Source: a virus
Taxonomy: Duplodnaviria > Caudoviricetes
Length of the DNA: 64,000 nt
IMG/VR virus record: IMGVR_UViG_3300008262_003210
Reading direction: 5' to 3' (one strand)
The notes under the pieces are model-generated. The model was not told the DNA's origin. It did not search any database and saw nothing but the letters and a program-made list of their open reading frames with translations. Made by a program: the position numbers and the translations under genes. Of the stretch, positions 1 to 11,041 are shown piece by piece (position 1 is the first letter of the stretch; the number at the start of each line of letters is the position of its first letter).

Positions 1-3000
1 TTAGAAGACGACCAATCCAAGTGGGACATATTTGCAACATCATTTGACTGGAAAGGAGCTTGGGCTACTAGTACTCGCTATAAGGTAAATGATATTGTAT
101 CTTATAACGGTTATACTTATGTATGTACATTGAAACATATATCTGCTGCAACTGCATCTTTAGGTTTAGAAGACGACCTTGGCAATTGGGACGTTGTAAA
201 TCCAGGATTAAAATATCTAGGTTCATGGGAAAGTCTTGGATCATCATATAGATATAAATTAAACGATGTAGTTAAGTACGGTGCAAGTTTGTGGATTTGT
301 ACAGCACATCATACTTCTACTACTGATTTTGAAGACGGCGACTGGACTATTTTCTTAAACGGATTTGAATTTGAAAATAGTTGGAGCAGCTCAACAACTT
401 ACCAAGTTGGTGATATTGTCACATACGGTGGTGTGTCTTATGTTGCAAAACAAAATAACGACAATAAAAAACCATCTGCAGAACCAACATATTGGGATGT
501 CTACACTACCGGTTTTAGTTTTGAAGGTGATTGGAATAGACTTACAACATATAAGATAGGTAGTGTAGTAAGAAACGGTGGATACACTTATCTTGCAGAA
601 TTAGATTCTCCTAGTATCACTTCTGTAGCAACGGATACTACTGTTTCAACCGATCCTACTAATCCTAATACAGTCTCAGCAGACACTACTGGATTTGTAG
701 CTGGAATGACTGTTTATTTTGGTACTTCTTTTGGCGGACTAGTTGCTAATACAAAATATTATGTGTTAAGTGCAGGCTTGTCGCCAACCAGATTTAAAGT
801 AAGTACTACTCCTGGCGGAACTCCTGTTACACTAACTACAACAACAGGGCAAACTGTAGGCGTTACAGTATCGCCAGAGCCATCAAACACAACTTACTGG
901 TCTCAATTAAACTCAGGGTTCAAATGGAAGAATAATCCTGTTACTTATACCGCAGTAGCAGGAACTGTACAAGGAACAAGTTTAGGAATTAATCAACTGT
1001 TTGATGTAACAAGAACAGGAACTATTTACACAGTTACTATTAACGACGGCGGCGATTATTTTGCTGCTGGAGATGAAATAGTTATTGCAGGAACAAGCAT
1101 TGGCGGTATTAGTCCTGCAAACGATTTAACTATTACAGTAACAACAGAATCTTCTGGAGTAATTACAGCAGTTACTCACGCAGGTATCAGTGTCACATGG
1201 ACTTCTGGACTAGTTTATGTTATTGGGGACGTTATATTCTTTGGAGCAAGTAGCTACACTTGTGTAACCGAACACGTTGCTTCAACAGGAACTCGACCAG
1301 ATAATGACATCGATGCAACATACTGGAACATTGTTTCAGTTGGTGCAGAAATTGCAACGCTTACTACAGCAGGAGATACACTCTATTACAGTCCTAACGG
1401 TCCTGCAAGATTACCTATTGGAAGAGATGGACAGGTATTGCGTGTCAAAGATGGATATCCTAGTTGGGAAACTTACGGACATGTGTTTAACGCAGTATTC
1501 GTAGGACCAACCGGAGTCGACTTACCGTATCCGCAAAGTGGATTTAGTATAGACCAGCCATGGAAAACTGTTAGATACGCTTGTAAACAAATTGAGGAAG
1601 GTTATAGAGACCCTCAAACTAGACATATTTTACAAACTAATAAATCATTTTTAATTAAAGAAACATTTAACTATCTAGAATACACTTATCAAGTTAGTGT
1701 AACAGGAACTTCTGTTGGAGAATTTTTAGTTGCTGACACATCAATGTTAAATTTAAAAATGCCAATTAGATTTTTAGATCAAACAGGCAGTTTAACTTTA
1801 AACGGCAACCCTATTTTATCTACAACAACATACTATGTTAAGTCAATTACTTCAAATACAAGTTTTACTGTTGCCGCAACACCAACTGGTGCCACACTAG
1901 TTTCAGCTGGAACAGGAACTGCAACTGCTAAATTTGAATACGATAAAGCCAAAGCAAAAAGAGATGCTGGTATATTAATTGAAGGAATGATTTATGATGT
2001 AACACACGGTGGTAATTATAAAACAACCGGAAACACTTTATCATTCTACGATACAAGCGGAACTGCTTATATTACTACAAATACAGAATTACAAATTACT
2101 CAATTTATTGATAGTCATGTATATTTAAAATCTATCATTCCATCAGTACTAGCAAATACCGTAGTAAGCCCAAGCTATCAAACTTTGAATAATGAAACAG
2201 ATCCAATTTATCAAATTATTGATACCGATTACACAGCAGAATCTGATGCTCTACCAAGATTAAACGAATTATTTGATATTCTTATTGATGGATTAACTCA
2301 AGGCGATACATCTACTACACCTATTGCCAAGACTCCTAATACAACAATTAATATTAAAACAGGAACTTACTTAGAAGTTCTTCCTGTTGTTGTGCCAGAA
2401 TATACAGCACTAGTTGGAGACGAACTACGTTCCACCGTTGTTCAGCCTAGAGGTGGTAATGATTTACTGGTTAACGATCAACCAAAAACTAAAAGCGCAT
2501 TAGAACGTCTAAAGGCAGTTTTACCTAACATCATGTCTAACACCGCAGTTTCAGCAAGTGCGGAAAATACTGTTAACCAAGAGTACTTGTATACTGCCCA
2601 AGACAACACCATTACTGCAAGTATAACAGCCAACACTAATACTATGGTTGATATAATTGTCAATGGTGATAATTTCAGTACAGCATCTCCAGTAGCAGTA
2701 TTACCAACCCCAACCGGAGGTTCTAATAACGCATTTACCGCAGGATATTTTAATGCGGCAAGATTAATTAAATTAAACAGAGCACTAATTGTTGATGAAG
2801 TTGAGTATTTGATGGACACAACATATAATACTCTGTGGAATACAACATTTACAGCAACACAACGAGCACAAACTCTTAGAGATGCAGGATACATTGTTGA
2901 TGCAGTTGTTTATGATTTAACTTATGGTGGTAATTTAGCCAGTGTAATTGCTGGAAGATCTTATTACAGTAAAGGATCAATTGTTGTTCCTACAAGTAAA

Positions 3001-6000
3001 ACAGAAACTCTAGCATGTCAGGCACGTATTAAAGATATTATTGACAATATTGCTCAAGGACTAACAACTGGTTGGACAAAGAATAGTGCATTATCTCAAG
3101 ACATCAGCGGAACAGCAGGATCATTAGCAGCTGCTACTGCTGCACAGGCTCGTGTTCAGGAAATTTACGATGCTACAGACACTGGTACAGCACCTACAAC
3201 CATTGCACCAGATATTACTTGGCCAAGTGCATTAAAATTGTCAGCAAATACTTCTATTGTAGCTGCAATAACTGATATACAAGCCGAAACCCAGCAATGG
3301 ATACAGGATGCATACCCATTACTTCCTTACGATGTAACATTATGCGATAGAGACATTGGTTATTTTATTGACGCCTTGCGTTACGACATGATGTTTGGCA
3401 GTAATTTCTTAAGTATTTGGAACGGAGAATCTTACAGAAGAAACTTAACTTCTACTCAGTTTGTAGTTGACAATCAGTTAGAAGCAGAAGTTGGTATGAT
3501 TGGTTTCCTTAGTGCAATCATCAAAGAAATTACCGGTGGCGGCACATCAGGAAGTGCAGGAAGTTTCCGTGCAATTCGTCGTGTTGAAAGTGCAGCAAAA
3601 ACAGTTTATAACATTATAGCTTCTGGTTTTACTAGAGTACCAAGTATTCAATTTACAACACCAACCGGTTATAATACATCTGCATTAACAGATACTGCTT
3701 ATGCAGCCACTGGTTATGCAACTGGCGATACTACAGGGTTTGGTGATGGTAAAGCACAATTAGTACAAAACTATGATTTTATTGTAGCAGATGTTTTACA
3801 ATTCTATGCTAACGGATCATATTCAGCTATTTGGGCTGCAACAACTACAGAAGGCAGGGATAAAGGTAAACGAGATATTCGTTATATTTTAGATGCACTA
3901 CAGCACGACATGACATATGGCGGAAATTATCAGGCATCTATTGCTGGTAGTTCCTATTATAGTTCTTATCTACTAAACATTAGCGAAGAAGAAAAACCAG
4001 CATTCTTAGATGCGTTTGCATTTATGAAAGTTTTAGTAGGCCAAATAGTTCGTGAAGATGCTATTACTGCTCAATCAGGAAACACCGTAAATCGTGTTAC
4101 TACTGGTCCTGGCGGCAGCGCAGCAGCAGGAGCTTTTGCGGAAGATAGAATTCAAGATGTAATTGATTGGATTACTGACGGCGAAGCACCAACACAAGTT
4201 GCTCCTTACTACGGCTGGGCTAGTGATACATTACAAAATGCCTACAATGCTGTTGTAGCAAAGCGCGAAGAAATTTCTTTAGATGCTACTGGATGGGTTC
4301 AAAAATACTATCAAGAAGTTCTATTAGATTTAACTTTAACTACAAGAGATGCTGAATTAGTCATTGATGCTATTGCATTAGACATGGTGCTAGGCACTAA
4401 CTTCAATGCGTTAAGTGCAGGTCGTGCTTATCTAAGAGGTACTGCATCAACCGAAGCACTATTAAATGGTCCTATCAAAGATCCAACATTGGGTGCTATT
4501 GATTTTATTAAATTTAAAGTTAAAACTATTGCTGGATACGGTGCAGTTGCACAAGCACAGTCTATCTTGACAGATATTATTAATAAAACTTCATCTAATT
4601 TTACACCAAAATTAGCAATGATTGAACCTGTACTTCCTGCTGGAAGTTATTCAGCAATTTCTGGAACTAATACAGTTGGTTCAGGATCGAGTGCAACATT
4701 TAACTTTGTTAGAACTAACGCAGGATTTACTCCTAGTGTCAATGCTGGCGGTACTGGTTATGCAGTCAACGACCAGATTAGAATTAATGGATCTGATATT
4801 GGAGGTAGAACATCTGCCAACGATATTACAGTTTTAGTAACTGGTGTTTCAGGTTCAACTATTAATAGAGTCAAAGTATTAACTGATAGAGAAGCTGTTA
4901 TTTTATTAGAAGACAATAGAGATTTCTTATTGTCAGAAGTTATTGCTTATATTGACTACACATATCCAAGCCTTGTCTATAATAAAGATTTAACAGTACG
5001 TGATGCTGGCTATATTATTGATGCAGTACACTACGATTTATTATACGGCGGAGATTTTGCAAGTCAACAAGCAGGCCAGGCATACTATACTTTTGGAACA
5101 AGCCAAATAAGTGCTTATGTCAAAACTGCAACACTAGATGCAATCAATCGTCTTAAAACAACAGCTAAACAAGTTATTCAAAATACAAGTGTAACAATAA
5201 CCACTGGTAACACTAAAACACAAGTGTTCAAGAACGGCGCTCAACTACAAGGTAGTTTTGCAACTGCTACAATGATGGACTCATTGATTACTAAAATTTA
5301 TAACTATGTAGATTTAGGACTAATAGCAGGTGCACCGAGCGTTACAGTTACAGATATTGCTACTGGTGATACCTTTACATCTAATGCACACGGATTAGAA
5401 AACGGGGATTATATTGTAAATGAGTCAACAACTGTTTTTGGTTTAACAAGTGGAACAAGATATTACGTTGTTAATGCCACAACTAATGCATTTAAGTTAG
5501 CAGCAACTTACAACGGTACTGCACTTACATCATTTACAAACGGAACAGGATTAAGTTTATCTTTACACTATACTAATAATCCATATTTAGGTTGGGTAAA
5601 TGCAGATTTAATTACAGAATATTCAACATTGATGGCTGATAGAAATACAATCACAGCTGACGTTGTAACATGGATTGATGAAAACTATCCTAACTTAGTT
5701 TATGATTCTGCTTTAGCCGCAAGGGATTCTGGCCTAGCCATAGATGCAGCTTGTTTTGACTTTATGTTTAACAGTAATTTTAGAGGTGTTAAAGGTGCTC
5801 AATCTTATGCCCGCCCTCAGTCTGTTGAATTACTAAAAGGTACACTAGCTAAGGCAACTAGAGAATCACTCAAATATTTGACAGAAGTTGTATTAGACGA
5901 AATTACAGACGACACAGCTCAAACTAGAGCAAGAAAATCTTTAGTTTATGTAATTGATTATCTTGCAGGCAAGAGTGTTGATGAAGATACCGAAACTAAC

Positions 6001-9000
6001 GGTACAATTTTTTACAACATGAATGAAGGAGTATTGAGAGGAGTTGAAATTTTAAGAGCTAATACTGCTTTCCTTGCTAACGAATCTTCTGCTTGGACTA
6101 CTAAAACTTATAGTTCAACAGTAACATCAACAGCAAGTACAGGTAATGTTATAACAACTAGTTCTTCACATAACTTTTCTGTTGGAGATCCAGTTAAATT
6201 TACTTTCACAGAATACAATTATATTGCTACATCTGCTAGCTCTGTTACTAATAGATTTACATTAAACAATACAGCAGGACTTGTAGTAGGCATGCCAGTA
6301 AGTTTCTCAGGAGCATTATTGTTTGGTGGAGTAATTAACAGTTCATCTTATTTTGTAGATGGAATTGTTGGTAACGAAATATCAATTAGATCGTCAAACG
6401 GCGGAACAACGTATGCTCTAAGCTCAGGATCAGGTGTAATGGCTGTGACAGTTGGTGGAGTGATGGGAGGATTAGTTGAAAATCAAACATACTTTGTATT
6501 GACAACTCCAAGTATTACTACACTTACAGTAACCGCTACGCAATTTAGCAGTATACCGTTTATCTTATCTAATGCAGTTGGAGAAATGACAGCGGGTTAT
6601 GCATTTGATGAAGATTTGTGCAAACGAGACATGACTGAGTTTGTTCATGCATTAGTATATGACACTCAATACACTGGAAATTACAAATCTAAGAGAGCAG
6701 CAAGATTGTATTTTAACGCAATCAAAGGTTCTAACAAGAGCGACATGTGGCATGTAAGAAATGCTACTGGTGTACGTAATATGACTATGAACGGTATAGA
6801 AGGAACTCTTTCTATTCCTAACAAATTTGGTACACGTAGACCAGAAGCTGGATCTTATACAAGTTTAGATCCAGGATTCGGTCCTTATGATAGGAATGCG
6901 TGGGTGAACAACCGTTCTTGCTATGTACAGAACTGTACGTTGTTTGGTTCTGGTACCGCAGCATTAAAAATTGATGGTGCGCTACATGCAGGCGGAAATC
7001 GTAGTATTGTTGCTAACGACTACACAACATTTATTAGTGACGGTATTGGAACATGGTGTTCAGGTTCTAATTCTTTAACAGAACTTGTGTCAGTGTTTGC
7101 ATACTATTCATACGCAGGATATATTGCAGATTTAGGTGCTAAGATTCGTGCTACTAACGGTAACAGCTCTTATGGTACATACGGAGTAGTTGCTGAAGGA
7201 GTTGACACATACGAAGAACCTATTTACGGTAATCTTAACAATAGAGGTGCTGAGGCATTCATCACCAATGTTCTTACAGACGGCGCAGAAGAAGTATTGA
7301 GAATTGAATTTGCTAATGCAGGTCAATCGTATACAAACGCAGAATGGAATGTAAGCGGAGCTGGATTTAATATTGTAGCAGTTGGTGATGAATTTAGAGA
7401 TCGTGCGGTAACAGAAACAAGATTGATTGATTTAAATGACGGTTTTGGTTACGGTGGAGACGGATACCTAACAGCTTCTAACGCAGCACAGATAAGCGGC
7501 ATTGGTACAATTCTATTGGCTGCGTCCGATACCCAGTTAAGTTCAGCTTATATTGGTATGCGAGTTCTATTAATTGCAGGTACAGGTGCAGGACAAACTG
7601 CCGCTATTTTAACATATAATAACGGTAGTAAAGAAGCTAAGATTTATAAAGAATCTTTCACTACACTAACAGTAACAGCTACCGATGACAGTAACGACAG
7701 ACTAACAGTAGCAAGTACTATTACATTATATGCTAATATGCCAATTTACTTAGGAAGTGCAATTGGTGGTGCAAGTGCCAATATTCTTTACTATGTTAAA
7801 GATATTATAAGCACAACACAATTTACAATCAGCACTTCAAGCGGCGGAGGAACATTTGATATTACTTCAGCAACCACAGGACAATCAGTTAGTCTGTATG
7901 CAGCTGGATGGGATCATACAGTACCAGGAAAAACAATAGCAAATAGCTTGGATCTTACAACTACTTACATTGTTGAACCTCGTATAACTTACACAGAACC
8001 AGGATTTACATCAACTGCTAGAACACTTTCTTCTTCATCAATTTGGAAATCAGTTACATATTCAGCAGGAAGATTTATTGCTGTAAGCACCGCAGGCACC
8101 GCAACATCAACATCAACTAACGGTACAACGTGGGCAACTGGTGGTAATCTTCCAAGTAGTGCTAACTGGGTAGATGTAGTTTATGGCGGAGGCGAAGGAG
8201 CCACTGCAACTGCTGTAGTTGGAGGCTTAGGAGGTATTGGTGCAGAATTAGAAGCTGTAATTGTTTCTGGACAAGTAACTGCTGTTAATATTATTCAAGG
8301 CGGATTTGGATATTTAACACCTCCCACTATTACATTCAGTAGCGGATTGGCTGCAGCCTCGGCAATTGTACTTGATGGAGAAATTGTTGGAGTTGAAGTA
8401 TCTATTCCTGGATCAGGTTATATTACTGCTCCTACAGTTACAGCTAGAACTGATATTATTACAGGATTTACCATAAACACTAGCGGTAAAAATTACACTA
8501 GTCCTCCAAATGTAACAATAAGCGGCGGTGGCTCAACCAACCAAGCTACAGGAACTGCTGTTCTAAATACAAACAACGGATTAGCAAGCATTACTGTTGG
8601 TAACAGTGGCGGAACAGGTTACACTAGTCAGCCTACAGTGACTATTATTGACACCAACGCTAAGTTTGTTACTATTCCAGATACAGCATCTGGAGGTACA
8701 ACTAAAGCAGCTTATCAGACAGTAGCTGGTGCAGCTGCAGGTAGCGCATGGACCGCATCGACAGGATCGCTTCCAAACGGTTCTTATAACTCAATTATCT
8801 ACGGAGGCGGATACTGGATTGCTGTTGGTGGTGCTGGTGGCTCTAATGGATGTGCAAGAACTATCGATGCTGATACTACATGGAATAATGTTGCATTACC
8901 AGCGTTAGGTGCAGGAACTTATAGCGGAGTAGCCTACGGACACGGTGCGTTTGTTGCAATTACTACTGGTAACAACCAAACAGCAGTCTCTACAACATTA

Positions 9001-10683
9001 GGTTCGTCATGGTCAGCAGGCGGCACATTACCTTCAACAGCAAGCTGGAGATCTATTGTTTACGGAAACGGTAGATTTGTAGCTATGGCATCTGACGGTA
9101 GTGTAGCAATCAGTATTGACAAAGGAACCACATGGGTAGCATCTTCAGCAGGACTAGGTACACCTGCATATGGTTGGACTGATTTAGCCTACGGACAAGG
9201 CGTATTTTTTGCTGTACAAGAAGCAGTAACCGTAGCATCTACAAGCGTTGATGGATTAAACTGGACAAGACGTACAATGCCAAGCGCAGCCATTTGGCAA
9301 ACAACTGCATTCGGTAATCCAAATTCTAATCCAACTTTTGTTGCGTTGGCAGGTGTTAGCTCAACAACAAATGCAGCAAGTGTAAAAACAGGTGCAAGAG
9401 CACAAGGAAGAATTGAAGTTGCTTCTAATGCGGTATCTGAAATTCGAATGATTGAACCAGGTTCTGGTTATCCAGCAGGTTCAATAACAGCTACAACAGC
9501 TACAACAAATATCATTACAACTGGTGATACTACTAACCTTGTTAATTTACAGCCTGTAGAATTTACAGATTTAGATTCATACGGTTTAGAGACTGGAGTT
9601 ACCTACTACGTAACAACAGGCACGATTGTTACTGACACTTCATTTAAAGTGTCTATAGATACAACACTAGCTGCTGCTGGTATTAGTATTAATCTAACAA
9701 CTGGAACCGGACTAAGTGGAACTTACCAAGCAGGACCAATTGTAACTCAAGTAGATCCAAATAAAGTTCGTACTGCTCCAACAAGAGTTCGTATGGCTAA
9801 CGGTGTGTTAGGTAATCCAAGTTTCAGTAATAGAGGTAGCCTAAATACAACAGCAACCGCAACAGTTTCAGGTGACGGTTTTAGTGACTTGTATCAAGCC
9901 AGCAACTTTATTAACGTTAGCGGACTTTTTGACACTCCTGTGGCAGGTTCTAACGTTGAATTTGCAAGTATTCCAAATACATGGTTCAAACTTGTAGCAG
10001 TAACAAATAAACTAGGAAATCCTGGGGACTATAGTGCTACATTCCAAATTAATCCAGCTCTTAGTGTACTAAATGCACCAGATCATAACGACAGGATTAC
10101 AACAAGATACAAGTATAGCCAAGTTCGACTAACAGGACATGACTTCCTGTACATTGGAACTGGTAACTTTAGTGATACAAACTATCCGTTTGTAGATCCA
10201 TCAACTGCTATCCAGGCAAATCAAACATTTGCATCAGAAGGCGGGCGTGTGTTCTTTACAAGTACTGACCAAGACGGTAACTTCAACGTTGGTAACTTGT
10301 TTGCAGTTCAACAGGCAACTGGTACAGCAACATTGAATGCGTCAGCGTTCAACTTGTCAGGTTTGCAATCCTTGCAACTTGGTACTGTTTCTGTTGGTGC
10401 AGGATCAGCAGTAATTACAAGTTTCTCAACAGACCCGTTTTTTACTGCAAACAGTGATAATATTTTACCAACACAGCGAGCTATTAAATCATACATTACA
10501 GCTCAAATTGGTGGCGGACAAAGCTCACTGAACGTAAATACACTGACTTCAGGTGTTATCTACGTGGCAAACAACACTATAAGTACAACTAGCGGAGTTC
10601 AGATTAATGTCAGAGCTAAGATGTACTTCCAAGGCGGCATTGACGGAGCACCTGTCGCCCTAGCTTATTTCATGCAAAGATAA
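1..10683 (+). CDS. Giant modular virion structural protein (baseplate/tail-associated), 5'-truncated, >3560 aa
   Basis: Frame is open from base 1 (LEDDQSKWDIF...), so the track start at 130 (TTG) is an artefact. Contains Trp/Tyr CBM5/12-like repeats (W...Y..GD.V.YGG..Y), GL...T.YYV repeats, 8 RD..Y..DA..YD...G.N helical repeats, a pectin-lyase-like segment, Asp-box repeats (SIDKGTTW) and a C-terminal FSTD...SD...PTQRAIKSYI motif typical of T4-like phage structural proteins. Confidence 0.8.
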   Translation, partial: LEDDQSKWDIFATSFDWKGAWATSTRYKVNDIVSYNGYTYVCTLKHISAATASLGLEDDLGNWDVVNPGLKYLGSWESLGSSYRYKLNDVVKYGASLWICTAHHTSTTDFEDGDWTIFLNGFEFENSWSSSTTYQVGDIVTYGGVSYVAKQNNDNKKPSAEPTYWDVYTTGFSFEGDWNRLTTYKIGSVVRNGGYTYLAELDSPSITSVATDTTVSTDPTNPNTVSADTTGFVAGMTVYFGTSFGGLVANTKYYVLSAGLSPTRFKVSTTPGGTPVTLTTTTGQTVGVTVSPEPSNTTYWSQLNSGFKWKNNPVTYTAVAGTVQGTSLGINQLFDVTRTGTIYTVTINDGGDYFAAGDEIVIAGTSIGGISPANDLTITVTTESSGVITAVTHAGISVTWTSGLVYVIGDVIFFGASSYTCVTEHVASTGTRPDNDIDATYWNIVSVGAEIATLTTAGDTLYYSPNGPARLPIGRDGQVLRVKDGYPSWETYGHVFNAVFVGPTGVDLPYPQSGFSIDQPWKTVRYACKQIEEGYRDPQTRHILQTNKSFLIKETFNYLEYTYQVSVTGTSVGEFLVADTSMLNLKMPIRFLDQTGSLTLNGNPILSTTTYYVKSITSNTSFTVAATPTGATLVSAGTGTATAKFEYDKAKAKRDAGILIEGMIYDVTHGGNYKTTGNTLSFYDTSGTAYITTNTELQITQFIDSHVYLKSIIPSVLANTVVSPSYQTLNNETDPIYQIIDTDYTAESDALPRLNELFDILIDGLTQGDTSTTPIAKTPNTTINIKTGTYLEVLPVVVPEYTALVGDELRSTVVQPRGGNDLLVNDQPKTKSALERLKAVLPNIMSNTAVSASAENTVNQEYLYTAQDNTITASITANTNTMVDIIVNGDNFSTASPVAVLPTPTGGSNNAFTAGYFNAARLIKLNRALIVDEVEYLMDTTYNTLWNTTFTATQRAQTLRDAGYIVDAVVYDLTYGGNLASVIAGRSYYSKGSIVVPTSKTETLACQARIKDIIDNIAQGLTTGWTKNSALSQDISGTAGSLAAATAAQARVQEIYDATDTGTAPTTIAPDITWPSALKLSANTSIVAAITDIQAETQQWIQDAYPLLPYDVTLCDRDIGYFIDALRYDMMFGSNFLSIWNGESYRRNLTSTQFVVDNQLEAEVGMIGFLSAIIKEITGGGTSGSAGSFRAIRRVESAAKTVYNIIASGFTRVPSIQFTTPTGYNTSALTDTAYAATGYATGDTTGFGDGKAQLVQNYDFIVADVLQFYANGSYSAIWAATTTEGRDKGKRDIRYILDALQHDMTYGGNYQASIAGSSYYSSYLLNISEEEKPAFLDAFAFMKVLVGQIVREDAITAQSGNTVNRVTTGPGGSAAAGAFAEDRIQDVIDWITDGEAPTQVAPYYGWASDTLQNAYNAVVAKREEISLDATGWVQKYYQEVLLDLTLTTRDAELVIDAIALDMVLGTNFNALSAGRAYLRGTASTEALLNGPIKDPTLGAIDFIKFKVKTIAGYGAVAQAQSILTDIINKTSSNFTPKLAMIEPVLPAGSYSAISGTNTVGSGSSATFNFVRTNAGFTPSVNAGGTGYAVNDQIRINGSDIGGRTSANDITVLVTGVSGSTINRVKVLTDREAVILLEDNRDFLLSEVIAYIDYTYPSLVYNKDLTVRDAGYIIDAVHYDLLYGGDFASQQAGQAYYTFGTSQISAYVKTATLDAINRLKTTAKQVIQNTSVTITTGNTKTQVFKNGAQLQGSFATATMMDSLITKIYNYVDLGLIAGAPSVTVTDIATGDTFTSNAHGLENGDYIVNESTTVFGLTSGTRYYVVNATTNAFKLAATYNGTALTSFTNGTGLSLSLHYTNNPYLGWVNADLITEYSTLMADRNTITADVVTWIDENYPNLVYDSALAARDSGLAIDAACFDFMFNSNFRGVKGAQSYARPQSVELLKGTLAKATRESLKYLTEVVLDEITDDTAQTRARKSLVYVIDYLAGKSVDEDTETNGTIFYNMNEGVLRGVEILRANTAFLANESSAWTTKTYSSTVTSTASTGNVITTSSSHNFSVGDPVKFTFTEYNYIATSASSVTNRFTLNNTAGLVVGMPVSFSGALLFGGVINSSSYFVDGIVGNEISIRSSNGGTTYALSSGSGVMAVTVGGVMGGLVENQTYFVLTTPSITTLTVTATQFSSIPFILSNAVGEMTAGYAFDEDLCKRDMTEFVHALVYDTQYTGNYKSKRAARLYFNAIKGSNKSDMWHVRNATGVRNMTMNGIEGTLSIPNKFGTRRPEAGSYTSLDPGFGPYDRNAWVNNRSCYVQNCTLFGSGTAALKIDGALHAGGNRSIVANDYTTFISDGIGTWCSGSNSLTELVSVFAYYSYAGYIADLGAKIRATNGNSSYGTYGVVAEGVDTYEEPIYGNLNNRGAEAFITNVLTDGAEEVLRIEFANAGQSYTNAEWNVSGAGFNIVAVGDEFRDRAVTETRLIDLNDGFGYGGDGYLTASNAAQISGIGTILLAASDTQLSSAYIGMRVLLIAGTGAGQTAAILTYNNGSKEAKIYKESFTTLTVTATDDSNDRLTVASTITLYANMPIYLGSAIGGASANILYYVKDIISTTQFTISTSSGGGTFDITSATTGQSVSLYAAGWDHTVPGKTIANSLDLTTTYIVEPRITYTEPGFTSTARTLSSSSIWKSVTYSAGRFIAVSTAGTATSTSTNGTTWATGGNLPSSANWVDVVYGGGEGATATAVVGGLGGIGAELEAVIVSGQVTAVNIIQGGFGYLTPPTITFSSGLAAASAIVLDGEIVGVEVSIPGSGYITAPTVTARTDIITGFTINTSGKNYTSPPNVTISGGGSTNQATGTAVLNTNNGLASITVGNSGGTGYTSQPTVTIIDTNAKFVTIPDTASGGTTKAAYQTVAGAAAGSAWTASTGSLPNGSYNSIIYGGGYWIAVGGAGGSNGCARTIDADTTWNNVALPALGAGTYSGVAYGHGAFVAITTGNNQTAVSTTLGSSWSAGGTLPSTASWRSIVYGNGRFVAMASDGSVAISIDKGTTWVASSAGLGTPAYGWTDLAYGQGVFFAVQEAVTVASTSVDGLNWTRRTMPSAAIWQTTAFGNPNSNPTFVALAGVSSTTNAASVKTGARAQGRIEVASNAVSEIRMIEPGSGYPAGSITATTATTNIITTGDTTNLVNLQPVEFTDLDSYGLETGVTYYVTTGTIVTDTSFKVSIDTTLAAAGISINLTTGTGLSGTYQAGPIVTQVDPNKVRTAPTRVRMANGVLGNPSFSNRGSLNTTATATVSGDGFSDLYQASNFINVSGLFDTPVAGSNVEFASIPNTWFKLVAVTNKLGNPGDYSATFQINPALSVLNAPDHNDRITTRYKYSQVRLTGHDFLYIGTGNFSDTNYPFVDPSTAIQANQTFASEGGRVFFTSTDQDGNFNVGNLFAVQQATGTATLNASAFNLSGLQSLQLGTVSVGAGSAVITSFSTDPFFTANSDNILPTQRAIKSYITAQIGGGQSSLNVNTLTSGVIYVANNTISTTSGVQINVRAKMYFQGGIDGAPVALAYFMQR

Positions 10684-10698
10684 TGGAGAAAAATTAAT

Positions 10699-11025
10699 AT
10701 GGCAACAGGAAGATTAGCAGCGCCAGCACAACTGGCAGCAACAACAAACACAACTGTTTATACAGTTCCAACCGGATACTATGCGGTGGCAAACGTGTCG
10801 TTTTGTAATACAGGTTCAAGCTCTGTAGCAATTCGTCTAGCGATGGCAACATCAGGAACACCAAGCGCAGCAGAATGGATTGAATATGACACAGTTATAG
10901 TTGGTAAAGGTGTTTTTGAACGTACAGGTTTAGTCTTGCAAGCAGGTTTAAATCTTATAGCGTATTCAAACACTGGAGCAGCCGTAAGTGTCAGTGTTTA
11001 TGGATTTGAAACAGCAACAACATAA
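10699..11025 (+). CDS. Small virion structural protein (108 aa, beta-rich)
   Basis: GGAG RBS; lies in the structural operon; Thr/Val-rich. Confidence 0.65.
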   Translation: MATGRLAAPAQLAATTNTTVYTVPTGYYAVANVSFCNTGSSSVAIRLAMATSGTPSAAEWIEYDTVIVGKGVFERTGLVLQAGLNLIAYSNTGAAVSVSVYGFETATT

Positions 11026-11041
11026 TAGGGGATAGAGCGAC

